Source: Bacteroidota bacterium
GTDB lineage: Bacteria; Bacteroidota; Bacteroidia; AKYH767-A; OLB10
Assembly (NCBI GenBank): GCA_031363705.1
Contig: JANLUX010000110.1
Location: 1 to 49,956, forward strand
Direction: 5' to 3'
Length of the DNA: 49,956 bases
How positions within the stretch are numbered: position 1 is the first letter of the stretch; each line of letters opens with the position of its first letter. Shown in pieces: positions 9,428 to 20,000 of this stretch. A model generated the notes under the pieces. That model did not search any database. It was given only the letters and a program-made list of their open reading frames with translations, and was not told where the DNA came from. The translations under genes and the position numbers were made by a program.

Positions 9428-9832
9428 ATGTCACCATCATCAGTAATATTATTTGATGGATATTGCAACCTCTGCTCTTCCTGGGTCAACTTTATTTTAA
9501 AACACGACAAACAAAAGCACTTTCGTTTTTGTGCACTTCAATCACCCGCTGCTGAAAAATTATTAACTGGTTATATCCCTCTTCAAAAAAACAAATCAGT
9601 GGTTTTATTATCACGCAATAAAATATTTACAAAATCAACTGCAGCATTAAACATTTTTAAAACGCTTGGAGGACTTTGGTCATTGCTTTATGCATTCATA
9701 ATAGTTCCCCGCTTTATCAGAGATGCAGTTTATGATTTCATTGCAAAAAACCGGTACCATTGGTTTGGAAAAAAAAATCAATGTTACATTCCCTCAGATG
9801 AAGAACAAAACCGGTTTATAAATTCAGACTAA
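9428..9832 (+). CDS. DCC-family thiol-disulfide oxidoreductase (DUF393)
   Basis: 134 aa. The N-terminal motif FDGYCNLCSSWVNFILKHD is the hallmark of the DCC family. Confidence 0.85.
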   Translation: MSPSSVILFDGYCNLCSSWVNFILKHDKQKHFRFCALQSPAAEKLLTGYIPLQKNKSVVLLSRNKIFTKSTAALNIFKTLGGLWSLLYAFIIVPRFIRDAVYDFIAKNRYHWFGKKNQCYIPSDEEQNRFINSD

Positions 9833-10036
9833 CTTCTACCCTTCCTAAAAAAGTTTACAATTTAGAAATGACACAGCGTTCCTGACATAGCAGCAAAAAC
9901 CTGACAGGTTTTTTTCAACCTGTCAAGTCTTATTTCCTTTCACCGCCTCAGTAGTTTTCAGTACACGTAACCTTTTCTCTTTTATGTCGCAAACGCTTCG
10001 GTTCCATACTCCACATCCATATTTCAAAAAACAAAA

Positions 10037-10062
10037 AATCCCTTCCGTTGCCGGAAGGGATT
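10037..10062. terminator. Bidirectional rho-independent terminator between the convergent DCC gene and ctaD
   Basis: Perfect 11-bp stem AATCCCTTCCG / CGGAAGGGATT with loop TTGC. An A-run lies upstream and a T-run downstream. Confidence 0.8.
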
Positions 10063-10088
10063 CTTGTTTTTTGTTTTGCTAATCGTGG

Positions 10089-11915
10089 TTAATGATTATC
10101 ACCCGGAATATTACTTTCCGGAGTTGCAGAGTAAGGAACAGTTTGTGGTATAAAATCATCAGGCGCTCCGGGTTTGCCGTAATCATAAGGCCAGCGGTGT
10201 ACTGTAGGAATTGCACCAGGCCAGTTTCCATGCACATGTTCAACAGGTGCAGTCCACTCAATCGTATTTGATTTCCATGGATTTTGTGGCGATTTCTTTC
10301 CTTTGAAAATACTGTAAAAGAAGTTGAAAGCAAACACCAATTGAGCAATGCCACCAAGGATGGCAAATACTGTAATCAATGAATTGATGTTTACCAATGC
10401 GTTAAATGGTTCATAAGCTGTGTTAGCATAATACCTGCGTGGTACTCCTGCCAATCCCAGGAAATGCATCGGGAAGAAAACACCATACACAGATGTAATC
10501 GTGAGCCAGAAATGCAGATACCCAAGCTTCTTATTCATTAACCGTCCATACATCCGCGGGAACCAGTGATAAACACCCGCAAACATTCCGAAGATGGCAG
10601 AGCTTCCCATCACAATATGAAAGTGCGCTACCACAAAATAAGTATCATGAACATTTATATCCAGCGCAGAGTCTCCCAGAATAATTCCCGTTAATCCACC
10701 GGTGATAAAAAAAGAAACCAATCCAATGGCAAACAACATGGCAGGTGTAAACTGAAGATTACCCTTCCATAAGGTGGTTATATAATTAAACACCTTAACG
10801 GCAGAAGGAATTGCGACAAGCAAGGTAGTAAACACGAACACTGAACCTAAGAAAGGATTCATACCGGTAACAAACATGTGATGCCCCCATACAATGAAAG
10901 AAAGGAATGCTATCACAAGCATAGAACCAATCATTGCTTTATATCCAAAGATGGGTTTACGTGAGTTAACAGAAATTACTTCTGAAGCCAATCCCAATGC
11001 AGGTAATAAAACGATGTACACTTCAGGGTGTCCTAAAAACCAGAATAAGTGCTGAAATAAAATTGGGCTTCCCCCCGCATGGGCTAATGGTGCACCATCA
11101 ATAAAAATATCAGATAAATAAAAGCTTGTTCCGAAACTGCGGTCAAATATTAATAATAATGCTGCAGCAAATAATACCGGAAAGGAGAGAATACCAAGAA
11201 TTGCGGTGATGAGAAACGACCAGATTGTAAGCGGTAAACGCGTCATACTCATTCCATCGGTACGTAAATTAATGATGGTCGCAACATAATTAATACCTCC
11301 TAATAATGCTGACACGATAAAGAGTGCCATGCTCACCAACCATAAAGTCATACCCATTCCTGATCCTGCTATTGCCTGCGGAAGTGCACTCAACGGTGGA
11401 TAAATTGTCCATCCACCCGAAGCAGGACCCGTTGCAATAAAGCACGAAATAATCATTACTACACTCGAAGCAAAGAAAAACCAGAAAGAAAGCATATTCA
11501 AAAACCCTGATGCCATATCGCGTGCTCCGCACTGGAATGGGATTAACAGGTTACTGAATGTACCACTCAATCCCCCTGTTAAAACAAAAAACACCATTAT
11601 GGTTCCATGTATGGTAACTAATGCAAGGTAAAAACCGGGATCTAATTTTCCATCTTTACCCCAATCACCAATAATGCTTTCCAGGAAATGAAATTTAGTG
11701 TCAGGCCACGCTAACTGCAAACGGAAAATCATGCTCATTCCCATTGCAATAAACGCCATTATGATGGCAGTAATTAAAAACTGCTTGGAGATCATCTTAT
11801 GATCCGTACTGAACACATACTTGGTCCAGAAATTTTCTTCGTGCTCATGCTCGTGATGCGCGTGCGCATGTTCGTCATGAAGCACTTCTCCGGCATGTGA
11901 CTGTTTTATTTCCAT
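10089..11915 (-). CDS. ctaD: Cytochrome c oxidase subunit I (heme-copper oxidase)
   Basis: 608 aa. Canonical motifs are FSTDHK, GGSPILFQHLFWFLGHPEVYI and WGHHMF...HFHIVM. The N-terminal extension is His-rich. Confidence 0.95.
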   Translation of the reverse strand: MEIKQSHAGEVLHDEHAHAHHEHEHEENFWTKYVFSTDHKMISKQFLITAIIMAFIAMGMSMIFRLQLAWPDTKFHFLESIIGDWGKDGKLDPGFYLALVTIHGTIMVFFVLTGGLSGTFSNLLIPFQCGARDMASGFLNMLSFWFFFASSVVMIISCFIATGPASGGWTIYPPLSALPQAIAGSGMGMTLWLVSMALFIVSALLGGINYVATIINLRTDGMSMTRLPLTIWSFLITAILGILSFPVLFAAALLLIFDRSFGTSFYLSDIFIDGAPLAHAGGSPILFQHLFWFLGHPEVYIVLLPALGLASEVISVNSRKPIFGYKAMIGSMLVIAFLSFIVWGHHMFVTGMNPFLGSVFVFTTLLVAIPSAVKVFNYITTLWKGNLQFTPAMLFAIGLVSFFITGGLTGIILGDSALDINVHDTYFVVAHFHIVMGSSAIFGMFAGVYHWFPRMYGRLMNKKLGYLHFWLTITSVYGVFFPMHFLGLAGVPRRYYANTAYEPFNALVNINSLITVFAILGGIAQLVFAFNFFYSIFKGKKSPQNPWKSNTIEWTAPVEHVHGNWPGAIPTVHRWPYDYGKPGAPDDFIPQTVPYSATPESNIPGDNH

Positions 11916-11946
11916 TGAATTATTTTTTTCTTCCGAAACAAATTAC

Positions 11947-12987
11947 TTATTTTATTGCAACCACTTTCTTTTCCTCACCTGAATTTTTTTCTGCCTGTGG
12001 TGCTGGGGCCGGTGCAGGCGCTGCTGCCTTTTCAAACACCAGCTTTTCTTTGGTCAACCATGCTTTGAAATCAGCTGGTTCATCCACCACCACTTTCAAT
12101 ACCATATTATAATGCGCTACTCCGCATACTTTATTACACAACAATACATAGTCAAATTTCTCATTCTTTGTAATCTCTCTCATCTTAGCCGTTGTAATAG
12201 TCGGCTTAAAATAAAAATGCGTATTCATGCCGGGTACTGCATTCATCTGAACACGGAAATGTGGTAAAAAGAAACTATGGATCACATCACGTGAGTTAAT
12301 AACCACATCAATAGGAATGCCTACCGGCATGTGGAGCTCTTTGGTAATAATATCATCAGCTGCTGCATGATCGTTAGAGTCCACACCCAACGGGTTGTTA
12401 TCAGTAATCATCCTGAAGCTTGATTTCCCCAATTGATTATCCTTTCCTGAATAGCGCACAGTCCAGTCAAATTGTTTACCATAAACCTGCACATACATTG
12501 CATCATTATGTTCAACCTGTGTGATGTTATTCCATTGCTTTAATCCGGCAAACACCAATGCAATTAATACAACTGCTGGTATAACAGTCCAGATAACTTC
12601 CAGCTTGTTATTGTCGTGATAAAAATATCCCCTGCGGTTTTTGTTATACCGATACTTAAACGCGAAACCAAATAGCGCTATCTGTGTAATAAAAAACACC
12701 ACAAAAAGAATCACCCAGTTAATATTCATCAGGTTATCTAACCCCACACCATGTTCCGAAGCTGATACCGGTAACATGTACTGGCGGTAACGAAGAATCA
12801 TATAAACCAAAAGAAATAACCCAAACCAAAGGAACCCGAGCATGAGCCAGGCATTCACTTTATTGTCCTTATCCTGCTCCACCTCGTCACTTTCACCACT
12901 TAATTGAGATGCCAGCTGCGCCACGTTTGCCAGTCGCACAAGTACCAACACTCCAAATACAACAGCAAGTATTAAAAGTATATTCAT
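11947..12987 (-). CDS. ctaC: Cytochrome c oxidase subunit II (no fused cytochrome c domain)
   Basis: 346 aa with two TM helices. CuA site: DVIHSFF...CNKVCGVAHYNM. The C-terminal tail is low-complexity Ala/Pro with no CxxCH. Confidence 0.9.
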   Translation of the reverse strand: MNILLILAVVFGVLVLVRLANVAQLASQLSGESDEVEQDKDNKVNAWLMLGFLWFGLFLLVYMILRYRQYMLPVSASEHGVGLDNLMNINWVILFVVFFITQIALFGFAFKYRYNKNRRGYFYHDNNKLEVIWTVIPAVVLIALVFAGLKQWNNITQVEHNDAMYVQVYGKQFDWTVRYSGKDNQLGKSSFRMITDNNPLGVDSNDHAAADDIITKELHMPVGIPIDVVINSRDVIHSFFLPHFRVQMNAVPGMNTHFYFKPTITTAKMREITKNEKFDYVLLCNKVCGVAHYNMVLKVVVDEPADFKAWLTKEKLVFEKAAAPAPAPAPQAEKNSGEEKKVVAIK

Positions 12988-12990
12988 TTT

Positions 12991-13071
12991 TTGTTTACAA
13001 TTTTACAGTTAACGGTTTACAGTTAAATCCACACATCCTAAATCCATATATCCTAAATTCATATCCTAAAA
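12991..13071. repeat. Stutter-repeat spacer between actF and ctaC
   Basis: TTTACAGTTAA occurs twice (13002, 13016). ATCCTAAAT-type units occur three times (13035, 13050, 13063), plus AAATCCACAC and AAATCCATAT. Confidence 0.8.
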
Positions 13072-14310
13072 TTAAATAACGTGATAAAGACTTTCTTCCA
13101 TCATCGGATGATTCTTGATTACCAATGGCGCTTTGCTTAAATGATGTTGAACTACATAAATAAACAATCCCATGAACCCGATTGTTGTTCCTATTTCCAT
13201 CCAGCCAATTTGTCCGAATATCATGTGTCCTCCGTGGCTTTGCTGAATCATGGAACCCGGAATAAACATGATGAAATAATCCATCCAGTGACCAATAAAT
13301 AACACCACTGACATAAACATCAGCAAGCCTAATCTTCGTTTTGCATCACGTGTCATTAATATGATGAAGGGAAGAATAAAATTAATAAAGAATGCGCCTA
13401 ACCAAATGGCTTTGTAATGATCCTGGCGAAGCATGAAATAGGTTACTTCCTCAGGCAAGTTAGCATACCATATCAGCATGAACTGCGCAAACCACAAGTA
13501 AGTCCAGAAAATACTGAATGCAAACATGAACTTACCTACGTCCTGCAAATGGTTGGGGGTTACCTCAGGCAAATATCCTTTTGATTTAAGATACGCGAGC
13601 GTAAACATCAATCCTGATAAGCTGGTGATAAATATTCCGGCAAAAGTGTACCATCCAAACATGGTGCTGAACCAGTGTGGCTCAATAGACATGATGAAAT
13701 CCCAGGCTGATGTTGATGAAGTGATTGCAAACAAAACAAGAAACGCTGCACCAAATCTTTTATTCTTATTATAACGATCCACTGCATTGGCAAGGTTAGC
13801 ATCCATGGCAAGGGAATTTTTTCTGAACAAGTATGCAAAGCCATACCAGATGGCAAAGTAACCAATCATCCGGATAACAAAGAATGGTGTGTTCAAATAT
13901 CCCGACTTGCCGGCAATGATTGGATCATACTCAGGTGATTTCGGATCTGTAAGTCCTTCATGCGTCCAGTGATACAGTTCATGATGACCGGCAAACCAGA
14001 TGACAAGCATAAATGCACCTGCAAAAATCAGGTACTGTCCCATCGCTTCCAGTATGCGTTTTATCACAACACTCCATCCCACTTCAGCAACGTATTGAAC
14101 GGCTAAGAAAAATGTGGCTCCCAAAGCCATTGCAAGAAAAATAAAATTATTCATCAGCAGGTTGCCCCATTTCTGTGGATGACCTGTTATAAATTGTGCA
14201 GCAATTGCAACAACACCTATCACCATCATGATAATAGCGATCATTTTATTGCGCTGCGGAAAAGTGTAGGGCTGTGTGCTTGTAATTTCTTTGTGATGAT
14301 GATGTGACAT
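13072..14310 (-). CDS. actF: Alternative complex III subunit ActF (polytopic quinol-oxidoreductase membrane subunit)
   Basis: 412-aa polytopic membrane protein. It is the last gene of the act cluster, directly before the oxidase genes. The N-terminus is MSHHHHKE. Confidence 0.8.
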   Translation of the reverse strand: MSHHHHKEITSTQPYTFPQRNKMIAIIMMVIGVVAIAAQFITGHPQKWGNLLMNNFIFLAMALGATFFLAVQYVAEVGWSVVIKRILEAMGQYLIFAGAFMLVIWFAGHHELYHWTHEGLTDPKSPEYDPIIAGKSGYLNTPFFVIRMIGYFAIWYGFAYLFRKNSLAMDANLANAVDRYNKNKRFGAAFLVLFAITSSTSAWDFIMSIEPHWFSTMFGWYTFAGIFITSLSGLMFTLAYLKSKGYLPEVTPNHLQDVGKFMFAFSIFWTYLWFAQFMLIWYANLPEEVTYFMLRQDHYKAIWLGAFFINFILPFIILMTRDAKRRLGLLMFMSVVLFIGHWMDYFIMFIPGSMIQQSHGGHMIFGQIGWMEIGTTIGFMGLFIYVVQHHLSKAPLVIKNHPMMEESLYHVI

Positions 14311-14335
14311 TCTTGATCTACGATTTTAGATTTAC

Positions 14336-14353
14336 TCCCGATAGCTATCGGGA
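14336..14353. repeat. Perfect 18-bp palindrome in the actE-actF spacer
   Basis: TCCCGATAGCTATCGGGA equals its own reverse complement. It is embedded in GATTT- and TATACT-rich stutter sequence (14311-14416). Confidence 0.8.
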
Positions 14354-14416
14354 TTTCGATTTAATGTTCGCTCTTCTTTCTCTATACTTTATTCTCAATA
14401 ATTTATACTATCTGCT

Positions 14417-15073
14417 TTATACTCCCTTCGTTGAATCAGCAGGTGCTTTTGTTGCAGTGCTGTCAGATCCGGCAGGATTTTGTAACTGATGAACATATTG
14501 AATTACTTTCCAGCGTTCCATTGGTAATAACTGCGATGCGTGTGATCCCATCAGGTTCACTCCGTAAGTAATGGTGTGAAATATTTTTCCGTCAGTTAAA
14601 TCTTTCATGCTTCCTCCACGTGACGAAACTCCTGTACTATAAGATGGAGGTGGCGGATATTTTCCCGTTGCAATCAATGAACCATCGGCTTGTCCGCTTT
14701 CACCATGACAGTGCATGCACATGATACTGTATAACCTCTTTCCTTCAGCTAAATTTTCAACAGTTGGAGGAAGCGGGTTATGTACATCACGGCTTGCAGC
14801 TTCGTATCCCTCTGGTGTGTTTGGATAATTAAAAAAAGTAAAGTCACGTGGAATAGTTCCTTTTACAGGAGTGCGTGAATCCATTTTATCCTTGAAAATT
14901 GTGTTCTCCCCATAAGTTTCAAATGAAGAAGAACGGTACATGTCTGGCATAAACTCCAATCCCGGTTTTTTTGGATCTTTTGTGCAGGAGGAAATTGTAA
15001 ACATGCTACTTGCTACCGTTACCACAAGTATTGCTAAAATAATTTTGTTCATAGTTATTTTACCCGTGTTCAT
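14417..15073 (-). CDS. actE: Alternative complex III subunit ActE (monoheme cytochrome c lipoprotein)
   Basis: 218 aa. Lipobox ISSC. A single CMHCH heme motif. The start lies 1 nt after the actD stop. Confidence 0.85.
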   Translation of the reverse strand: MNTGKITMNKIILAILVVTVASSMFTISSCTKDPKKPGLEFMPDMYRSSSFETYGENTIFKDKMDSRTPVKGTIPRDFTFFNYPNTPEGYEAASRDVHNPLPPTVENLAEGKRLYSIMCMHCHGESGQADGSLIATGKYPPPPSYSTGVSSRGGSMKDLTDGKIFHTITYGVNLMGSHASQLLPMERWKVIQYVHQLQNPAGSDSTATKAPADSTKGV

Positions 15074-15074
15074 G

Positions 15075-15602
15075 TTATTCTTTAGTTGATATTGCTCCTG
15101 CTGCTTTTAGCATTGAATGTATCTGACCAACTTGTGCATCATCCTTAGCCTGCACGGTCATCACGAAATGATCATCCGCCTGACGAGGGTGTATAATGTG
15201 TGGTTCAACTCCTGGTAATACTTTGCTTCGCAGGAAGAATGTAATTACCATTCCATGAGCTGCACACAACACAGTGCTTTCAAAAGTAACAGGGATAAAT
15301 GCAGGAAGATTTTTATACAAAGCAAAGCTTGGTTTTCCTCCAATATCCATTGGCCAATCCCAGATGTTCATGTACCACATCATAAGTAATGCAAGGCTGC
15401 ATCCGGTCATTCCATAAAGGAAGCAACAGATGGAAAGGCGTGTCCTTCTCAAACCTAATGCCTCATCCATACCATGCACCGGAAACGGAGAGATAACATC
15501 TTTAACTTTTAAACCTTTGGCACGAAGAGATGCAATGGCATCAAGTACCACATCATCATCGTTAAAGATACCGTAAACAAACTTTTTATTTGAGCTACTC
15601 AT
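15075..15602 (-). CDS. actD: Alternative complex III subunit ActD (DUF3341)
   Basis: The track ORF extends to 15677. The conserved family N-terminus (MSSSNKKFVYGIFNDDDVVLDAIASLRAKG) begins at the ATG at 15602-15600, giving an 8-nt overlap with the actC stop. The 25 upstream codons lie inside actC. Confidence 0.8.
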   Translation of the reverse strand: MSSSNKKFVYGIFNDDDVVLDAIASLRAKGLKVKDVISPFPVHGMDEALGLRRTRLSICCFLYGMTGCSLALLMMWYMNIWDWPMDIGGKPSFALYKNLPAFIPVTFESTVLCAAHGMVITFFLRSKVLPGVEPHIIHPRQADDHFVMTVQAKDDAQVGQIHSMLKAAGAISTKE

Positions 15603-17007
15603 GGTTAATGGGTGTTGATGGTGATGGTGACTGTGCCATTTTTTTCTTTTTAGCCTGAGATGATGATGACTTAACAATTGTTTTCAACTCACTCATTGCA
15701 ATAACCGGGAAGAAACGTGTAAACAACATAAACGGAACGAAGAACAACCCTAGAGATCCAATGAAGATTCCAACCTCGACCCATGTCGGATAATACATAA
15801 CCCAGCTGGAGGTGAGATAATCACGGTGAAGGGAAGTAACAATAATTACAAAACGCTCGAACCACATTCCTACGTTTACGAAGATGGAAATGATAAATGT
15901 AGCAAACACACTTTCGCGCAAACGCTTGCTCCAGAATAGTTGCGGAGTAATAACATTACAGGTCATCATGCTCCAGTAAGCCCACCAGTAAGGTCCAGTT
16001 GCACGGTTAATGAATGCATATTGTTCATACTCTACACCACTGTACCATGCAATAAAGAATTCAGTAAGATAAGCAACACCCACAATAGAACCTGTAATTA
16101 AAATAATACGGTTCATCATGTCAATATGATAAATTGTAATGTACTCTTCCATGTTCAACACTTTGCGCGTGATGATAAGGAGAGTTTGAACCATTGCAAA
16201 ACCGGAGAAAATAGCTCCTGCAACAAAGTAAGGTGGGAAGATGGTTGTATGCCAACCCGGAACTAAAGAGGTGGCGAAGTCCATGGATACAACAGAGTGA
16301 ACAGAGAGTACAAGAGGAGTAGAAATACCGGCAAGTACCAACGACATTTCTTCAAAGCGCTGCCAGTTTTTTGCTGAGCCAACCCATCCGAAGCTTAATA
16401 TGGTGTACCAAAACTTTCTTGCCTTAGTTGTTGCACGGTCACGCACAGCAGCAAAATCAGGAATAAGTCCACTGTACCAGAATACGAGTGAAACAGAGAA
16501 GTATGTTGAGATGGCAAACACATCCCATATCAATGGAGAATTAAAATTCACCCACAAAGAACCAAACTGGTTTCCTACAGGAAATGACCAATAAGCCATC
16601 CATGGACGACCCATGTGACCGATGATAAAAGAAGCAGCACAGATAACAGCGAAGATGGTCATTGCTTCTGCTGAACGGTTAATGCTCAAACGCCATTTCT
16701 GACGGAATAATAAAAGAATGGCGGAGATCAAAGTACCGGCATGACCAATACCCACCCACCAAACGAAGTTCGTGATGTCCCAAGCCCAGCCGACAGTTTT
16801 GTTTTCTCCCCAAACGCCCAAACCCGTGCCGAAGGTGTAGCTCACACAAATCACCCACCAGATAAGTGCCGCTGACGAAACAGTAAAAGCAAGCCACCAC
16901 CATTTGTTTGCCTTGCCTTCGATTGGGCGGCACACATCATCAGTGATGTCATGCAAGGTTTTATCCCCTAAAATTAGCGGCAACCGAAGATTTGATTCTG
17001 TGTTCAT
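15595..17007 (-). CDS. actC: Alternative complex III subunit ActC (NrfD/PsrC-like quinol-interacting membrane subunit)
   Basis: 470-aa polytopic membrane protein in the NrfD-like position after the FeS/molybdopterin-like subunit. Confidence 0.85.
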   Translation of the reverse strand: MNTESNLRLPLILGDKTLHDITDDVCRPIEGKANKWWWLAFTVSSAALIWWVICVSYTFGTGLGVWGENKTVGWAWDITNFVWWVGIGHAGTLISAILLLFRQKWRLSINRSAEAMTIFAVICAASFIIGHMGRPWMAYWSFPVGNQFGSLWVNFNSPLIWDVFAISTYFSVSLVFWYSGLIPDFAAVRDRATTKARKFWYTILSFGWVGSAKNWQRFEEMSLVLAGISTPLVLSVHSVVSMDFATSLVPGWHTTIFPPYFVAGAIFSGFAMVQTLLIITRKVLNMEEYITIYHIDMMNRIILITGSIVGVAYLTEFFIAWYSGVEYEQYAFINRATGPYWWAYWSMMTCNVITPQLFWSKRLRESVFATFIISIFVNVGMWFERFVIIVTSLHRDYLTSSWVMYYPTWVEVGIFIGSLGLFFVPFMLFTRFFPVIAMSELKTIVKSSSSQAKKKKMAQSPSPSTPINHE

Positions 17008-17071
17008 ATTGCTTTATTTTTTTCCTTACCCTAAGTTCCTCTTCAAATCAGAGGAAAAGGATTTTTGTTTT

Positions 17072-20000
17072 TTATGCTTCTTTTCCTGCTTTTTTATTTC
17101 TCACTTTAGTTTGATAGAATACTGAGGGCTGTGTGTCTAGTTCCTCTAACAAATGATAAGAACGCGGATCATTAAACAATTCATGAACTTCACTCTGATC
17201 ATTATTAAAATCCCCAAACGTTATTGCGTTCGTAGGACAAGCTTGTGAACAAGCAGTTTTTATCTCACCATCTTTTGGTCTGCGACCTTCTTTCTTAGCA
17301 TCTAATTTTCCATACTGAACACGCTGAATACACATGGTGCATTTTTCCATTACTCCGCGTGAGCGAACCACCACATCAGGATTCAATACCATTTTACCAA
17401 GATTGTCGTATTGGTTAAATGGGAATTGCTCATTCTCATTATAACGGAACCAGTTAAAACGTCTTACTTTATAAGGACAGTTGTTAGCACAGTAACGTGT
17501 TCCTATACAACGGTTGTAAGCCATCATGTTCATACCTTCTGAACTATGAGTAGTAGCTACAACGGGGCAAACAGTTTCGCAAGGCGCATGATTACAATGC
17601 TGGCACATAAGGGGCTGAAACACCACTTCAGGATTGTCAGCAGTTGGTTTTTCCATCTCAGAGTACATACTGATCTTACCTAGATTTTTTTCCTGTGCAT
17701 TTTCCTTTGTGGTATCACTGCTGTAGTAACGATCAATGCGGATCCAGTGCATTTCGCGGCTGCGCATGATTTCGTCTTTGCCAACAACAGGAACATTATT
17801 TTCGGCAGTACAAGCAACTACACAGGCACCGCAACCGATACATGAGTTGAGGTCAATACCCATGTTCCAGAAATGATTTTCTTTGGGGAAACCGGGATTT
17901 TTTTCTGTTGCCCAGAGGTTAACATGCTTTGGTTCTTTTTTACCATAAGGAGTTTCAATCTTCAGAACAGGGTTACCTGACCTTGGATTTTTATTCCACT
18001 CGCTTAATGTCGTTTCCTTCACTATAGCACGACCCATCATTGTGTGATGCATCTGTGTAGAAGCTAAGAGATATTCGTCATCAACAGTTTTATTCACAGT
18101 AACTCCGGCAGCAAAATATTTTAATGCACCATTTGCCATTGTAACCAGTGGAAATGCATTCACTCCTACTCCATCACCGGCTTTACCAACTTTTGTTCTG
18201 CCATAGCCCAATGCAATAGCCATTGTTTCATCAGCCATACCCGGTTGTAAAAGAACAGGACCTTTAATTGAAACATTTCCCATCTTTACTTCGATGACAG
18301 TGCCTTGCTTGTATCCCATTTTCTCTGCATATACAGGACCTACAGCAAAATAATTATCCCAGCAAACTTTTGAAACAGGATCAGGCAACTCATGCAGCCA
18401 TGGATTGTTTCCCTGGTTACCATTTGCAATACCTGTTTTTTCATAAAGTATAACCTCTACTCCTGTGGATGGCTTACCGATTTTAGAAGCAGCATCTTGC
18501 ACATTACCAATGAAAGAAGCAGCAGCGGCAGCGGCAGTAGCAGTTTCAAAAACTCCGTCCTGTAATGATTTTGCCCAGAAAGCTTCGTAAGAACTAATTC
18601 CTGTTTGCATGGTGTAAGTATTGCCTTTCCATGCATCCTGTAAATAAGTATAGTAATCAGCTACCGGTGCATCAGCCCATTTTAACAAACTCTCCTGTGC
18701 TTGTCTTGTACTAAAAAGTGGTTGAATGGTAGGTTGTGTCAAACTATACATTCCTTTACGTGGTTCTGCATCATTCCATGATTCGAGGTAATGATGATCA
18801 GGACAAACATAATCGCAGAACGATGCTGATTCATCTTCGCGATCAGCAAAAGAAATTTTTAATCCTGCCTTAGCCATTGCATCTTTGAATGATGGCATTG
18901 TGTAAACAGGATTTGAATTATATAATATAACAGCGCCTACTGCACCGTTGTTTAAGTCAGTAATTAAATTTCCAACACCTTCATCATTACTGCTGCGGGT
19001 CATGTTTGGCTGGTTCAGATCAATGGTAGAACCATAACTACCCAGCATGCTATTGATTCCATTTATCAATACCTGCACATTAGGATCATTGCTACGTGCA
19101 ACCACCAATGCTTTGCCTTTTGCATTTATTAATTCATTGGCAACAGCATTAATTTCTTTATCCACGGAAGTGGAAGTGGCAGAAACTACAGCACCGCCTG
19201 TGGCGCCAGCAATCTTATTATAAAGATTTGCAATAACTGAACCCATGCTGCTTGCACGAACACGGTAACGGTTATCAGCATTGGAACCTGTTAAAGTTAA
19301 GTTCGCCTCAAACTGTATGTGGCGGCTCATGTTTTTCTTGTTTCGTAGCTTACGGTTTTGTGCGTATTGTTTTGCAAACTCAATTGGCGAAAGCCAGTTG
19401 GCAAGAAAATCAGCACCGAAGCTTACAATTACATCTGCATTTTCAAAATGATAAGAAGGTATAGCCGCTTTGCCAAATGAAAGCTCATTGCCTTTTATCA
19501 AACCATAATAAGAAACCGCATCATACACTACATGCTGTGTACCCGGATATTTTGCTGAGAAATCAGCAATTACTTTTTTGGTGGTAGGGCTTGCAATGGA
19601 TGAACTTACTATTGCAATTTTTTTACCTGATGCAACAACCTGTCCTAACTTATTTTTTATTTCACTATCAATGGTATTCCACTCCGCAGGTTTATGATTT
19701 GCCAAAGGACCTTTTAAACGTGCACTGTCATATAAACTTAAAACAGAGGCCTGAACACGTGCATTGGTTCCCCCTTTGGTAACTCCTGACATTTCGTTAC
19801 CTTCAATTTTAATAGGACGGCCTTCGCGGGTCTTTACAATGATGCTGCAATAATCGTTTCCATCAAAATAAGTGGAAGCATAATAATTAGGAACACCGGG
19901 TGTAATTTCCTCCGGTTTGATAACATAAGGAATTGCTTTATTAACAGGAGCTTCGCAGGCAGCAAGTGAAGCCGCAGCAACGCTGAATCCTAAAAATTTT

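Noticed and set aside
9900-9927. Hairpin CCTGACAGGTT / AACCTGTCAAG downstream of the DCC gene as a separate ncRNA
   Set aside because: It is short, imperfect and without a flanking promoter. It is more likely a weak terminator or another small dispersed palindrome. The strong terminator at 10037-10062 already serves this gap.
15603-15677. Using the longer ORF-track start (ATG at 15677) as the primary actD annotation
   Set aside because: It would overlap actC by 83 nt. The conserved DUF3341 N-terminus begins at the ATG at 15602. The His-rich reading is an alternative frame of a simple CAT/CAC repeat. It is kept only as an open question in the findings.
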